Part shown: positions 54,323 through 64,000 of the stretch, in pieces
How positions within the stretch are numbered: the stretch's first letter is position 1
Layout: every line of letters starts with the position of its first letter
Assembly (NCBI GenBank): GCA_963847445.1
Contig: CAWJZV010000027.1
Location: 64,001-128,000, forward strand
Direction: 5' to 3'
Source of the DNA: an uncultured delta proteobacterium
GTDB taxonomy: Bacteria; Desulfobacterota; Binatia; UBA9968
DNA: 64,000 nucleotides
Program-made: the position numbers and the translations under genes
Notes under the pieces: model-generated
What the model saw: the letters and a program-made list of their open reading frames with translations, nothing else
Databases searched by the model: none
What the model was told of the DNA's origin: nothing

Positions 54323-55630
54323 TCAAAGCTTGATTCGCGCATAACTGCGCCCGGCGATTGGCCGTGAAATTTGCCCAAGCTTTCGCAGTAACAGGAAGAA
54401 CAGCCCGGTCAAAATTATTTCCAACAGCAGCGGGATCAATTTGATGTTGGCGAATGCCAACATTGGCGCGAGAAACCCGCTGACGCAAAGCCAGCCAAGC
54501 ATGGCGAGCCAGCGCAGCTCTTTGCGGCCAGCCCAGGGCCCGGACTTGGTCAGGAGCAGTGCGCCTGCGGGCAGGAGCACGCAGAGATCGTAATAGAGCA
54601 AGTGGGGCAGAGTAATCGCCGACAAGCAAATGCCGATGGTCAGGGCGATGGCCAGGCCGGGTAAACTATCCAGTTGTGCTTTGGCAAGTTTAATCGCGTG
54701 GCCAAATCCAATGACCCAGAGCATGGCGGCGCCAAAATAGAGCGGCCATTTCAACGCCGCCCGTTGCGCCACCGGGAATAAAATCATCAAGTTGGCTGGT
54801 AAGCCGGTGATGAGATGGCTCGGAATACCTTGCTGGCCGCTCGAATACATGGCGTCGCTAACCTGGTGGCTCAACAGCCATTGTTGGGTCAGGTCCGGGC
54901 CGAATGCCAACAAGGTAACGACCAAAAGCCCGATGACCCCGGAGCTCATGCCGATGAACGTCCAATAGCGCCCGCTTACTAGCAGTACCAGCGAGACGAA
55001 CGCCGCGGCGAGAAAGTATTGCGGCTTGAGCAGCAGGATCGACCAAATCACACCCGCGAGCAGCGGCCGATTTTTCACCAACAGGCTGAAACCCAGGCAC
55101 AGTGGTAGCAAGCCAAACGTCAGCCCCAATTGACCGGCCCATAGGGTGAGAAAGATCGGCAGGAATAGGAAGGCCAAAAAAAACATTTCACTGGTCTTCG
55201 CCCCTGTGAGCGCTGCGAGTTCGCGGCAGCACCAGAGCAGCGCCAGCGCTGAAATCGCTTGCCACAGCAGCAACGAAAAGTTGGGATTTAACCAGCCGAA
55301 GGGGGCGAAAAAACCGGCGACCAACGGAATGTACATGTAGGCACCGGTGGAGTCTTTGGGCAGCGTGGGCAGATACTCATGGGCGGCTTTGTCGAACCGT
55401 GAGTTGACGAAAGTCTTGGCGCTGGGATCGGGATAAAGTTCGCTCGCCCGCCCCTCGCTCACCAGACGGCCGGCAACATGAAAGGTCATGATGAAGTCCG
55501 ATTCGTGAAACTGTTCGGGCTGAGAGAATAGGTTGTTGTCGATGAGAAAGATGCAGACCGCCAGGGTGAACGCCGTCGCCAGAAAAACGACCGCGCGGTA
55601 TGGTGTCGAGGCGGTGGTCCGGTCTGGCAT
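54323..55630 (-). CDS. GT87/DUF2029-like membrane glycosyltransferase
   Basis: Polytopic; SDF..F, YMYIP, GQ, LLLKPQ, PHLLYYDL. Confidence 0.8.
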   Translation of the reverse strand: MPDRTTASTPYRAVVFLATAFTLAVCIFLIDNNLFSQPEQFHESDFIMTFHVAGRLVSEGRASELYPDPSAKTFVNSRFDKAAHEYLPTLPKDSTGAYMYIPLVAGFFAPFGWLNPNFSLLLWQAISALALLWCCRELAALTGAKTSEMFFLAFLFLPIFLTLWAGQLGLTFGLLPLCLGFSLLVKNRPLLAGVIWSILLLKPQYFLAAAFVSLVLLVSGRYWTFIGMSSGVIGLLVVTLLAFGPDLTQQWLLSHQVSDAMYSSGQQGIPSHLITGLPANLMILFPVAQRAALKWPLYFGAAMLWVIGFGHAIKLAKAQLDSLPGLAIALTIGICLSAITLPHLLYYDLCVLLPAGALLLTKSGPWAGRKELRWLAMLGWLCVSGFLAPMLAFANIKLIPLLLEIILTGLFFLLLRKLGQISRPIAGRSYARIKL

Positions 55631-55667
55631 CCTGAGCGTTTAATGATTTCCTGCTGAAAGCTCAGGT

Positions 55668-56414
55668 TCAGTTTTCGCCCATGCCGAGGCGGCCAATGAA
55701 AGGCAGTTTGAGGGCTGGCTTATAGAAATCGATGCCGAAGGTGAATCCGAGAAGATTCAGTTCAAATCCTTCTTCGCGGGCCATGGTCACGCCGAGGACG
55801 CCGAGCATGGAAAGCTGGTAGCCTGTGCCGCTCGGGGCGCGATCGATCATCGAGCCGTTGATCGGGTAGTCTTTGCCGATGGCGGTGGCGGGCAGATCCA
55901 TGCGCAGTTCAGGCACCGCGCGGCCGATGAAAGCGACGAAGGTATTGCTATTGGGTCCGGGCCAAAGTGTGTATTCGTTGGCATAAGGATAGTTGGCGAC
56001 TGCCTCGGTGATCTTCGGTATCGCTTTGGCGGCGGCGTCGCCGCGCAGATCGGCGATCAACGTCGGAGCGTTACCGAACCAACGGGCGTCCGGGATGCCC
56101 GGCGCTGAGAACGCCGCGGGTAGATCGCGATAAATCCGCCAGCCGATGACTTGATGCACGGTATACTCTGTGGCGTTTGCCGGTTTGGTGGCGATCCAGG
56201 TGTGGACGCCGAAAATACCGCGCCAATTGAGCGCGCGGGCGAAATAGACTTGCACCACCGCTTCCGGGGTCGACTCAGCGCGCGGCGCGATGCCAGCGCT
56301 GGAGCGGTCCGCGGTGCGAAAGTCACGTCCCTGCGGCGCTTGACCGGAGAGCACGGTATATAGCGGCAGGGCGACAAAGATCAGCAAGCAGATGATCAGC
56401 ATATGCGGTCGCAT
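55668..56414 (-). CDS. DUF3750 domain protein
   Basis: ADRSSAGIAP, WRGIFGVHTW, WPGPNSNTF, AIGKDY. Confidence 0.85.
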   Translation of the reverse strand: MRPHMLIICLLIFVALPLYTVLSGQAPQGRDFRTADRSSAGIAPRAESTPEAVVQVYFARALNWRGIFGVHTWIATKPANATEYTVHQVIGWRIYRDLPAAFSAPGIPDARWFGNAPTLIADLRGDAAAKAIPKITEAVANYPYANEYTLWPGPNSNTFVAFIGRAVPELRMDLPATAIGKDYPINGSMIDRAPSGTGYQLSMLGVLGVTMAREEGFELNLLGFTFGIDFYKPALKLPFIGRLGMGEN

Positions 56415-56615
56415 GGTTCTTGAACTTGGCGCGAAGTATAACGGATAGAAGCTGTGAACACCATAACCGTTATTTCGTCGCAGGGTGCCGGTGCGATTGA
56501 TATTTCCGTTGGCCGGAAATAACGAGATTCCGGCCGGCAATCTTCACTTCGACCAGCAATTCGGTTGAATGTCGCAGCGGTTCGGGCGATGATACCGGCA
56601 ACTGACTGAAAAGCG

Positions 56616-57098
56616 ATGGCAAAACAGTTTCGTATCGGTCATGGTTTCGACGTGCACCGCTTTCGCCATGGCCGGAAATTGATCCTTGGCGGCGTTGAGA
56701 TTCCGTCGCCGGTCGGTTTACTCGGCCATTCCGACGCCGATGTGGTTTTGCACGCGCTGATCAATGCTTTGTTGGGCGCCATGGGCGAAGGGGATATTGG
56801 CAGCCATTTCCCCGATACCGATCGCCGTTACAAGGGGATTGCCAGCGCCAAGCTACTTGCCGAGGTGCTGGCGATCATGCGGCGCAAGCGTTTTAAGATC
56901 GTCAATGTCGATGTGACTTTGGTGGCGCAGCGGCCCAAGTTGTCGCCGCACTATCCCGCCATGCGCAAGAGCGTTGCCGGCCTGCTCAAACTCGCCATAA
57001 GCGAGGTTAGCATCAAGGCCGCCACCACCGAGAAGCTCGGTTGGCTTGGCAAAGGGCAGGGAATGGCGGGTACTGCGGTGATTTTGCTCGGTCGTTAG
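56616..57098 (+). CDS. ispF: 2-C-methyl-D-erythritol 2,4-cyclodiphosphate synthase
   Basis: RIGHGFDVH, GHSDADVVLHA, GDIGSHFPD, KAATTEKLG. Confidence 0.96.
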   Translation: MAKQFRIGHGFDVHRFRHGRKLILGGVEIPSPVGLLGHSDADVVLHALINALLGAMGEGDIGSHFPDTDRRYKGIASAKLLAEVLAIMRRKRFKIVNVDVTLVAQRPKLSPHYPAMRKSVAGLLKLAISEVSIKAATTEKLGWLGKGQGMAGTAVILLGR

Positions 57099-57165
57099 CG
57101 CTTTAAGAGGGGCCAAATTGTTGACAAAGAATATTTTCTATAATAATCAACAATCCTAATCTCAG

Positions 57166-57516
57166 GTGACATCCGATACTCCCAATCTTGCGCCGGAAGC
57201 GCGCGAACAAGAGATCGAAAGGTTGGCTCAAGAGCTTGGCCGTCTGATTCAGGGCGCCGACCCTGAGCGGCGCCATGATCTCAAGGAGTTGGCCATCGCG
57301 CTGATGCGCGAGGAGTTCATCCACAAGGTTGAACCGGCGCCGGGTGCGGGGGCGACACCGGCGCCTTTCAATCCACTGGGAACCGGAGTCCTGTTGTTCT
57401 TTTTGGGTGGCGGTTTGTCGTTCATATTCGGCCCGGTCGGCCTGCTGCTGATGCTAGGCGGCGTAATTTTTGTAGTTTGGGGAGCGTTGATCAGCTGGCT
57501 TAAGAAAGCGAAATAG
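57166..57516 (+). CDS. Hypothetical membrane protein
   Basis: 116 aa, two C-terminal TM segments, ends 2 nt before the Rieske gene. Confidence 0.65.
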   Translation: MTSDTPNLAPEAREQEIERLAQELGRLIQGADPERRHDLKELAIALMREEFIHKVEPAPGAGATPAPFNPLGTGVLLFFLGGGLSFIFGPVGLLLMLGGVIFVVWGALISWLKKAK

Positions 57517-57518
57517 TT

Positions 57519-58037
57519 ATGGCAGATGCGGAAAAGAAAAAGGGCGGCATTTGGTCACGGCGGGATTTTTTCACGCGTTTGGGCTGGGGCGGATTTGGCG
57601 TATTTGGCGGGTTGAGCCTGCTCGGTTTTCTCCGCTCGGCGTTTCCCCGGGTGCTGTTTCAACCGCCGGCAACTTTTAAAGCCGGGTTTCCTTCGGACTA
57701 CGCCGTCGGCGAAGTCAGTGAGAAGTATAAGCAAGACCAGCGGGTTTGGATCGTCCGCGAAGAGACCGGCGTTTATGCGATTTTTGCCAAGTGCACGCAT
57801 CTCGGCTGCACGCCGCGCTGGCTCGCCGCGGAGAGTAAATTCAAATGTCCCTGTCATGGCAGCGGCTTTTATAAGTCCGGGTTGAATTTCGAAGGGCCGG
57901 CGCCACGGCCGCTCGACCGCTTTAAGCTTACTGTCGGCGACGATGGCCAGCTGGTAGTCGACAAGAACAAGATTTTTAGGGGTACGGCCGGGGCCGATCC
58001 AGACGAGCAGTATCCCGATAGTATTCTCAAAGCCTAG
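57519..58037 (+). CDS. Rieske iron-sulfur subunit of bc-type complex
   Basis: Tat motif SRRDFF; CTHLGC and CPCHGS; GPAPRPL. Confidence 0.95.
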   Translation: MADAEKKKGGIWSRRDFFTRLGWGGFGVFGGLSLLGFLRSAFPRVLFQPPATFKAGFPSDYAVGEVSEKYKQDQRVWIVREETGVYAIFAKCTHLGCTPRWLAAESKFKCPCHGSGFYKSGLNFEGPAPRPLDRFKLTVGDDGQLVVDKNKIFRGTAGADPDEQYPDSILKA

Positions 58038-58048
58038 CGGAAAAAATC

Positions 58049-58819
58049 ATGAGTCCATTAGAAAAGATCAAAAACGATATCGTTGAAAGCCAAGTTTGGA
58101 AGGCGATCTTCCGTCACGGTTATGACGATACGCCGCGTAACCGGGTGATGATGGTGACCTCCAACGTGTTCCTCCATCTGCATCCCGCCAAGGTGCGGCG
58201 CCATGCCGTGCGCATGCGCTTTACCTGGTGCATGGGCGGTCTCACTTTCTTGATGTTTCTCATCACCGCCATAACCGGCATCTATCTGATGTTTTACTAC
58301 CGTCCGGTGGCGGAGTACGCCTACGCCGACATGAAGTATCTCGAGTTCGATATGCCCTTCGGCATGCTCATGCGCAACATGCACCGGTGGGCGGCCCACG
58401 CCATGATCGTATTCGTCTGGCTGCATATGTTCCGCGTTTTTCTCACCGGTTCCTACAAACCGCCGCGCGAGTTTAACTGGATCGTCGGCGTGCTGCTGCT
58501 CGTGCTGACGCTGCTGTTAAGTTTCACCGGCTACTTGCTGCCCTGGGACCAGCTGTCGATCTGGGCGGTTACCGTCGGTTCCAACATGGCCCGGGCGACG
58601 CCGCTGTTCGGCTATGAAGGTCCCTTCGCCGAGTTTGTCGGCGCCAATCCGATTTACGATGCCCGCGCCTTTCTCTTCGGCGGCGGCGAGATCGGTCCGC
58701 ATACGCTTTTACGCTTCTACATCCTTCATTGCATTTTTATCCCGCTGGTCGCCAGCATCCTGATGGCTGTGCATTTCTGGCGCATCCGCCGCGACGGTTT
58801 TTCCGGTCCATCTTTATAG
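58049..58819 (+). CDS. Cytochrome b6-like N-terminal subunit
   Basis: RNMHRWAAH..LHMFR, SYKPPREFNW, GYLLPWDQ, RFYILH..H. Confidence 0.95.
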   Translation: MSPLEKIKNDIVESQVWKAIFRHGYDDTPRNRVMMVTSNVFLHLHPAKVRRHAVRMRFTWCMGGLTFLMFLITAITGIYLMFYYRPVAEYAYADMKYLEFDMPFGMLMRNMHRWAAHAMIVFVWLHMFRVFLTGSYKPPREFNWIVGVLLLVLTLLLSFTGYLLPWDQLSIWAVTVGSNMARATPLFGYEGPFAEFVGANPIYDARAFLFGGGEIGPHTLLRFYILHCIFIPLVASILMAVHFWRIRRDGFSGPSL

Positions 58820-58843
58820 GCAACGCGAAAACGAGGCTGATCT

Positions 58844-59611
58844 ATGGCAGAGGCCGCACAAGAGCGAAAACTTCCGGTCGACGACAAGATTCATACCTGG
58901 CCCCATCTGGTGCGGATGGAGTTTCTGGTGATGCTGTTCGTGATGATCGGTCTGACGATTTGGTCGCTGACCATCGACGCGCCGCTCGAGGAACCGGCCA
59001 ATCCGACCAAGACGCCCAACCCGTCGAAGGCGCCTTGGTACTTTTTGGGCTTGCAGGAGATGCTGGTTTACTTCGATCCCTGGCATGCCGGCGTGGTGCT
59101 GCCGACCTTGATCATTGTCGGTTTGATGGTGATCCCATTCATCGATACCAACCCGAGAGGCAACGGCTACTACTGCTTCAAAGACCGCAAGTGGGAGATC
59201 CTCACCTTCATATTCGGTTTTCACGTTCTCTGGGTCGTGACGATCATCATCGGCACCTTTTTCCGCGGTCCGGGTTGGAATCTTTTCTGGCCATGGCAGC
59301 ACTGGGATGCTCATAAAGTGGTCGCCTTGACCAATGTCGATTTGCCCTATTTGCTTGGATTTCGCGATTATTGGCTATCGGCGCTGTTTGGCTTGGTCGC
59401 GATCGGTGCCTATTTTGTCGGCGGCATGTTGCTGTTCTACCTGTTTGTGATCAAGGTCAAAGGCAAAGAGTTTCTTGAGCGCTGGGGCATGGTGCGCTTC
59501 ACCATCACCGGCGTGATTCTTGTCCTCATGATGTCGCTGCCGGCGAAAATGTTTTTGCGCCTCGCGTTTAACGTCAAATACGTCTTGGTTACGCCGTGGA
59601 TTAATATCTAG
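58844..59611 (+). CDS. Cytochrome b subunit IV-like protein
   Basis: APLEEPANP..TPNPSKAPWYFLGLQE. Confidence 0.88.
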   Translation: MAEAAQERKLPVDDKIHTWPHLVRMEFLVMLFVMIGLTIWSLTIDAPLEEPANPTKTPNPSKAPWYFLGLQEMLVYFDPWHAGVVLPTLIIVGLMVIPFIDTNPRGNGYYCFKDRKWEILTFIFGFHVLWVVTIIIGTFFRGPGWNLFWPWQHWDAHKVVALTNVDLPYLLGFRDYWLSALFGLVAIGAYFVGGMLLFYLFVIKVKGKEFLERWGMVRFTITGVILVLMMSLPAKMFLRLAFNVKYVLVTPWINI

Positions 59612-59614
59612 CGT

Positions 59615-59782
59615 ATGTTTTACGTGGCGAAAATTCTCCAGGCTTTGGGGCTTGCGGATATCGGATATGCTTTGTTCGTCGGCATCATGAGAAATTCTTC
59701 CATGGCGGAAGAAATTGTTTTGACGCTCATCGGTCTCGGAGTGTTTTCATTGGGCCGCGCGCTGGAGCGCAAGGTGGCGTAA
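59615..59782 (+). CDS. Small membrane protein, 55 aa (not in ORF track)
   Basis: MFYVAKILQALGLADIGYALFVGIM...LTLIGLGVFSLGRALERKVA fills the operon gap exactly. Confidence 0.7.
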   Translation: MFYVAKILQALGLADIGYALFVGIMRNSSMAEEIVLTLIGLGVFSLGRALERKVA

Positions 59783-59792
59783 GGGAGTCGGG

Positions 59793-62490
59793 ATGGCGGA
59801 ACGAGGAGTCGACCCAAAAGAAGAGAAGAAGTCTTACGGCAGCGCTTTCGTCCTCGGCGCGGGCATACTGGCGGCGTTGTCTCTCTGGGCTTACTTGGAT
59901 GACAACATCACGCGGCGCCCTTGGAAAGGCGTCCAGGCGAAATTCTACCGGCTCGATTACAACAAAGCCCAGGCCGCTTACGATGAAGAAGACAAGAAGC
60001 TTCAGGCGGACGAGAAATACAAAGAACTGACGCAAAAGCTTGCGGCGTTTCAGGCTGATTTAGCGAGCGGCGAGACCGGCAAGAAGCTCAAGGCGCTCGA
60101 ACGGGAAGAGGCCCGAGTCACGGTCAAGTTTCAGGAGACCGATCAAAAGGTTAAGGACGTCAAGAGCGAGCTCGAAGAGGCCTGGTACGAGCATGATCAC
60201 GCGGTGCAGCAAAAGCGCAACCCGCAACCTTATCTCGATGTCATTGCGGAGCTCGACAAGAAAAGGGCGGTTTTGGAGAAGGAGCTTGAGCCGGTACGCG
60301 CTAGGCGGAACCAGTTAAAGGACGAGATTAAAAAGATCCAGTCCGGCGCCAAGGAAATCGAGAATGAACTTGGCAAAATGACCGGCGAGCGGGACAAATG
60401 GATCCGGGTAAAGGAAAACGTGACCTTTAAGCTCGGTCCCATGACCTTCTTCAAAATTCCCAAGATCCAACAAGTTTCTCTCGATGAGTTCGACCGCAAC
60501 CGTTTCGACCAACCGGTAGCTCGGGTCGATCGTTGCCAGACCTGTCATCTGGCGATCAATCGAGCTGGCTTCGAGAAAGAGGCGAATCCCTTCAAGACCC
60601 ACCCGCGGCGCGAAGTGTTGCTCGCCGATAGCGCCCATTCACCGGACCGCATCGGTTGCACCGGCTGTCATGAAGGCCAGGGGATGGCCGTCAATAGTGT
60701 CAAACAGGCCCATGGTGACGTGCATCTGTGGGAGTTTCCGTTGTTGCGCGGCAGCAAGGTGCAGTCGAGCTGTACCTCTTGCCATCAAGACGTCCAAAAA
60801 TTCGCTGAGGATGCGCCGCTACTGGCCGAAGGCCAAAGGCTGTTCGAGCAGGTCGGTTGCACAGGTTGCCATTTGATCAAAGGCTACGAAAATATTCCCA
60901 AGATCGCACCAAGCTTGAAAAAGATCAGCGCCAAAGTCGATCCCGGCTGGCTGGTGCGCTGGATCGAGAACCCGCATAAGTTCCGGCCGCGCACGCGCAT
61001 GCCGAACTTCGATCTGAAACAGGAAGATGCAGTGGCGGTTGCCGCTTATCTCTGGTCGCAGTCGAAGGAAGAGGGCGACAAGTGGACCCAGGAACATCCG
61101 GCGCCGGCGGGATTCCGCGAGGGCGACCCCAACGGCATAGCCCAGGGGAAAAAACTTGTCGAAACTATTGGCTGCAAAGGTTGCCATGGGTTTGCTGATG
61201 GGGAGTTTTCCACACCGCTGGGCAAATCTAAGGATATCATTCCCAATCTCAAGGATATCGCGGCCAAGGGCGTCGGTCCGCAGTGGATCTACCATTGGAT
61301 TAAAGACCCGCGCGGCTTTTCTCCCGACACGCGCATGCCGAGTTTGCGTCTAACCGACGACGAGGCTTTGGCGATTACCAATTATTTAATGAGCTTGGGC
61401 GGCAGACCGGATCCGGTTGCCGGCATTCAGGAAAAGCTTGCCGATGCCAAGAACATCAAGCGCGGTGAAACTTTGGTCCGCAGGTGGGGCTGCTTCGGCT
61501 GCCATGACATCAAGGGGATGGAGAAGGAGTCTCGCGTCGGTGCCGAATTAACCACCTTTGGATCAAAAACGGTTGAAGAGCTGTTCTTCGGAAATCGCAC
61601 CGATGTAAAGCATACCTGGGACGACTGGACGTACTATAAGCTCAAAACCCCGCGAGGTTACGCTACCGAGCGGATTGAGCAGCTGATGCCGCAATTCAAT
61701 TTCGACGACGACGACATCAAAGCCTTACGGACCGTTGTTGGGCGGCTTCCGCGAGCGTAAAGTCGGCCATCGTTACCTGGCCGATCAAGGGTTGCGCGTC
61801 CAACAGGTGGTCGAAGGGCGGCGCTTGATGCAGCAGTATAACTGCGTCGGTTGCCACGAGATCGAAAATCGCGGCGGTTTCGTGCGCAAGTACTATCAAG
61901 AGAATGTGACGCTGGCGCCGCCGCCATTGAACGGCGAGGGTGAGAAGGTGCAATCGCCGTGGTTCTACAGCTTTTTGAAATCGCCTACTATCTTGCGGCC
62001 TTGGTTAGACATTAGAATGCCGACCTTCGGCTTCTCCGATGACCATACCACGCAACTGGTGAACTACTTCAACGGCCTGTCGAAGGTCGAGCAGCCGTTT
62101 CATTACATCGATGATCGCAACATCCCGGCAGAGCATATAGAAGCCGCGAAAACTCTGACTTCCGCCGATTATTTCAACTGCTTTAGTTGCCATGTCCAGG
62201 GCGCTAAAAATCCTGAGGGGCCGAAAGACGGTTGGGCTCCTGATTTAGCTATGGCGCGGCAGCGGTTGAATCCCAACTGGATCATCAAGTGGCTCAAAGA
62301 TCCGCAGAAAGTTCAGCCCGGGACAAAAATGCCGTCGTTCTATCCGGGCGGCCCGGATAACATCCTCGGCGGCAAAGAAGACTTGCAGATCGAGGCGTTG
62401 CGCGATTACCTGATGTCGATCGGGCGCGGCGGGGCGCCCGCGGCTGCCGCTGCGGCGCCGCAGGTGGCTAAAACAAAACCGGTAAAATAG
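59793..62490 (+). CDS. Membrane-anchored multiheme cytochrome c, 8 CxxCH motifs (one indel near 61735)
   Basis: CQTCH, CTGCH, CTSCH, CTGCH, CKGCH, CFGCH, CVGCH, CFSCH; N-terminal TM and long coiled coil. Confidence 0.9.
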
Positions 62491-62560
62491 CGATTAATAG
62501 ATGAATATCGTAGTAGCCTGGTCGTCCAACCGATGACCAGTTAGGTCGAAGGAGGAAATT

Positions 62561-63275
62561 ATGAGTAAATTTGGTTTTTTAATGTTGACTACCGCTTTGG
62601 TGACGGCGCCGGTGAGCGTAATGGCGCAGTATAAAGGTGGAGACGTGAAAGACGGCGGATCAATTTCCGGCACCGTCAAATTCAAAGGTACGGCGCCAGC
62701 ACCGAAAAAGCTCGACGTCGGCAAAGATAAAGAAGTTTGCGACAAATCGCCAAAGATGGATCCAGTCTTTGATCGTGAAAGACGGCAACCTGGCCAATGC
62801 GGTGGTAACGATCACGGATATCAAGAGCGGCAAGAAGATCGATGCCAAAAAAGTGACTCTCGACCAAAACGGTTGCGAGTATAAACCGCATGTACTAGCT
62901 TTTCCGGCTGGGTCAACTGTGGAAATCCTCAATCCTGACGGTATCCTTCATAACGTTCATTCCTATAGCAAGGTTAACACCCCGTTCAATCAGGCCCAGC
63001 CCAAGTTTAAAAAGACCTTGGAAGTGAAGGTTGAGAAACCGGAAGCGGTGGAAGTGAAGTGCGATGTCCATGGCTGGATGCATGGCTGGCTCGTGGCCAC
63101 CGCCAACCCCTATTTTGCGGTTACCGACGGATCGGGCAGCTTCAAGCTGACCGATGTGCCCGCCGGTAGTTACACCGTCGAGGTGTGGCATGAAAAGCTC
63201 GGCAAGAGCACCCAGAAGGTTGCGGTCAAGGCGAAGGAAGACGCGAAGGTAAGCTTCGAAGTCGCCGGCAAGTAA
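62561..63275 (+). CDS. Secreted cupredoxin-like / carboxypeptidase-regulatory-like domain protein (one indel near 62765)
   Basis: Signal peptide; LDQNGCEYKPHV, LHNVH, CDVHGWM, WHEKLG. Confidence 0.85.
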
Positions 63276-63295
63276 ACTTTTTCGAATCAGTCGAT

Positions 63296-63331
63296 AAAAA
63301 GCGCGGCATCTTCTGGGTGCCGCGCTTTTTT
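63296..63331. terminator. Bidirectional rho-independent terminator
   Basis: aaaaagcgcggca-tcttctggg-tgccgcgctttttt between convergent genes. Confidence 0.85.
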
Positions 63332-63345
63332 CATTTTTAAGCCGC

Positions 63346-64000
63346 CTATCTGCTCTCGCGCTCCACCTTGTTCTTAAAGAAATTCCAGGCCCGCTCCATG
63401 TCGACCGGCGGCAACGCTTCGATCTGCCGTTGTTTCGCCTCGTCGATGGTCAATGGGATAGGCGTACCGATTTGTAACGCGCCATGAAGCACCTCCGCCG
63501 TCTCTTCCAGATAGATCGCCATCATTACCGCTTCCGGAATCGTTCTGCCAACCGTCACCTGGCCGTTGCCACGTAGTAGAATAGCCGGACGATCACCCAA
63601 GGTTGCGCTGACATCGCTGCCCAGCTGCTCCGTTGAGATCAGGTCGGGGTTGGTAAACACCGGCACGCCGCCGGCGAAGAAACTGCCGTGATTGTGCACC
63701 GGCTCGAGGCGGCGCTCGGTGACTGAAAAGATATTTGCCACGCGCGCGTGGATGCGGGTGATCGCGTTAACCCGCGGCTTGGTTTTCATGATCGCCGTGT
63801 GCAGCCAAGCTTCAAAGGGCGCCGGGTGGCTTCCTTCGACGATCTCCCCGTTCAGGTTCAGGGTCAGCAATTGCTCTTCGCTGACCATAGCGAGGCTGAT
63901 CCGCGGGGTGATCAAGAAGCGGTCGCTGTCGGGGATGCGCGCGCTGACATGACCGAAGCCTTCGACGAGTTTCAGGTGCGAAAGAATCCGGCTGGCGCTG
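63346..64000 (-). CDS. Class II aldolase/adducin family protein (starts beyond window)
   Basis: GFGHVSAR, EAWLHTAI, IHA, AILLRGNG. Confidence 0.88.
   Translation of the reverse strand, partial: SASRILSHLKLVEGFGHVSARIPDSDRFLITPRISLAMVSEEQLLTLNLNGEIVEGSHPAPFEAWLHTAIMKTKPRVNAITRIHARVANIFSVTERRLEPVHNHGSFFAGGVPVFTNPDLISTEQLGSDVSATLGDRPAILLRGNGQVTVGRTIPEAVMMAIYLEETAEVLHGALQIGTPIPLTIDEAKQRQIEALPPVDMERAWNFFKNKVERESR

Noticed and set aside
1232-63275. Widespread frameshifts as programmed frameshifting or mass pseudogenisation
   Set aside because: Indels hit unrelated genes, including respiratory ones, without slippery motifs or accompanying nonsense decay; sequencing/consensus error is simpler

Overview
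GC-rich bacterial chromosomal window. The gene content (Bug/TctC and TAXI-TRAP transporters, amidohydrolases, multi-GAF kinase, Rieske/cyt b/multiheme cluster) resembles soil Deltaproteobacteria/Binatia-type genomes; that assignment is inference. Many genes are split by single-base indels, most simply read as long-read consensus error, so coordinates of split genes are reconstructed. No rRNA, tRNA, CRISPR, transposase, integrase or reverse transcriptase was seen. Highlights: (1) a ~10.2 kb soluble histidine kinase gene with 18 tandem GAF domains, four of them near-identical and alternating with divergent ones, followed by a receiver protein and a receiver-cyclase; (2) that operon is interrupted by a GxxExxY gene and an inverted-repeat-bounded four-helix-bundle gene; (3) a CHASE2 cyclase with guanylyl-cyclase-like residues and a FecR-TPR-beta-barrel gene, facing two small paralogous AT-rich genes that share a C-terminal two-Cys motif (candidate peptide signalling system); (4) a peroxiredoxin with in-frame TGA at the catalytic Cys position plus a SECIS-like hairpin (likely selenoprotein), only partly captured by the ORF track; (5) a 2Fe-2S ferredoxin/beta-barrel fusion; (6) an intact and a decayed vapBC pair; (7) several families of short intergenic repeats.
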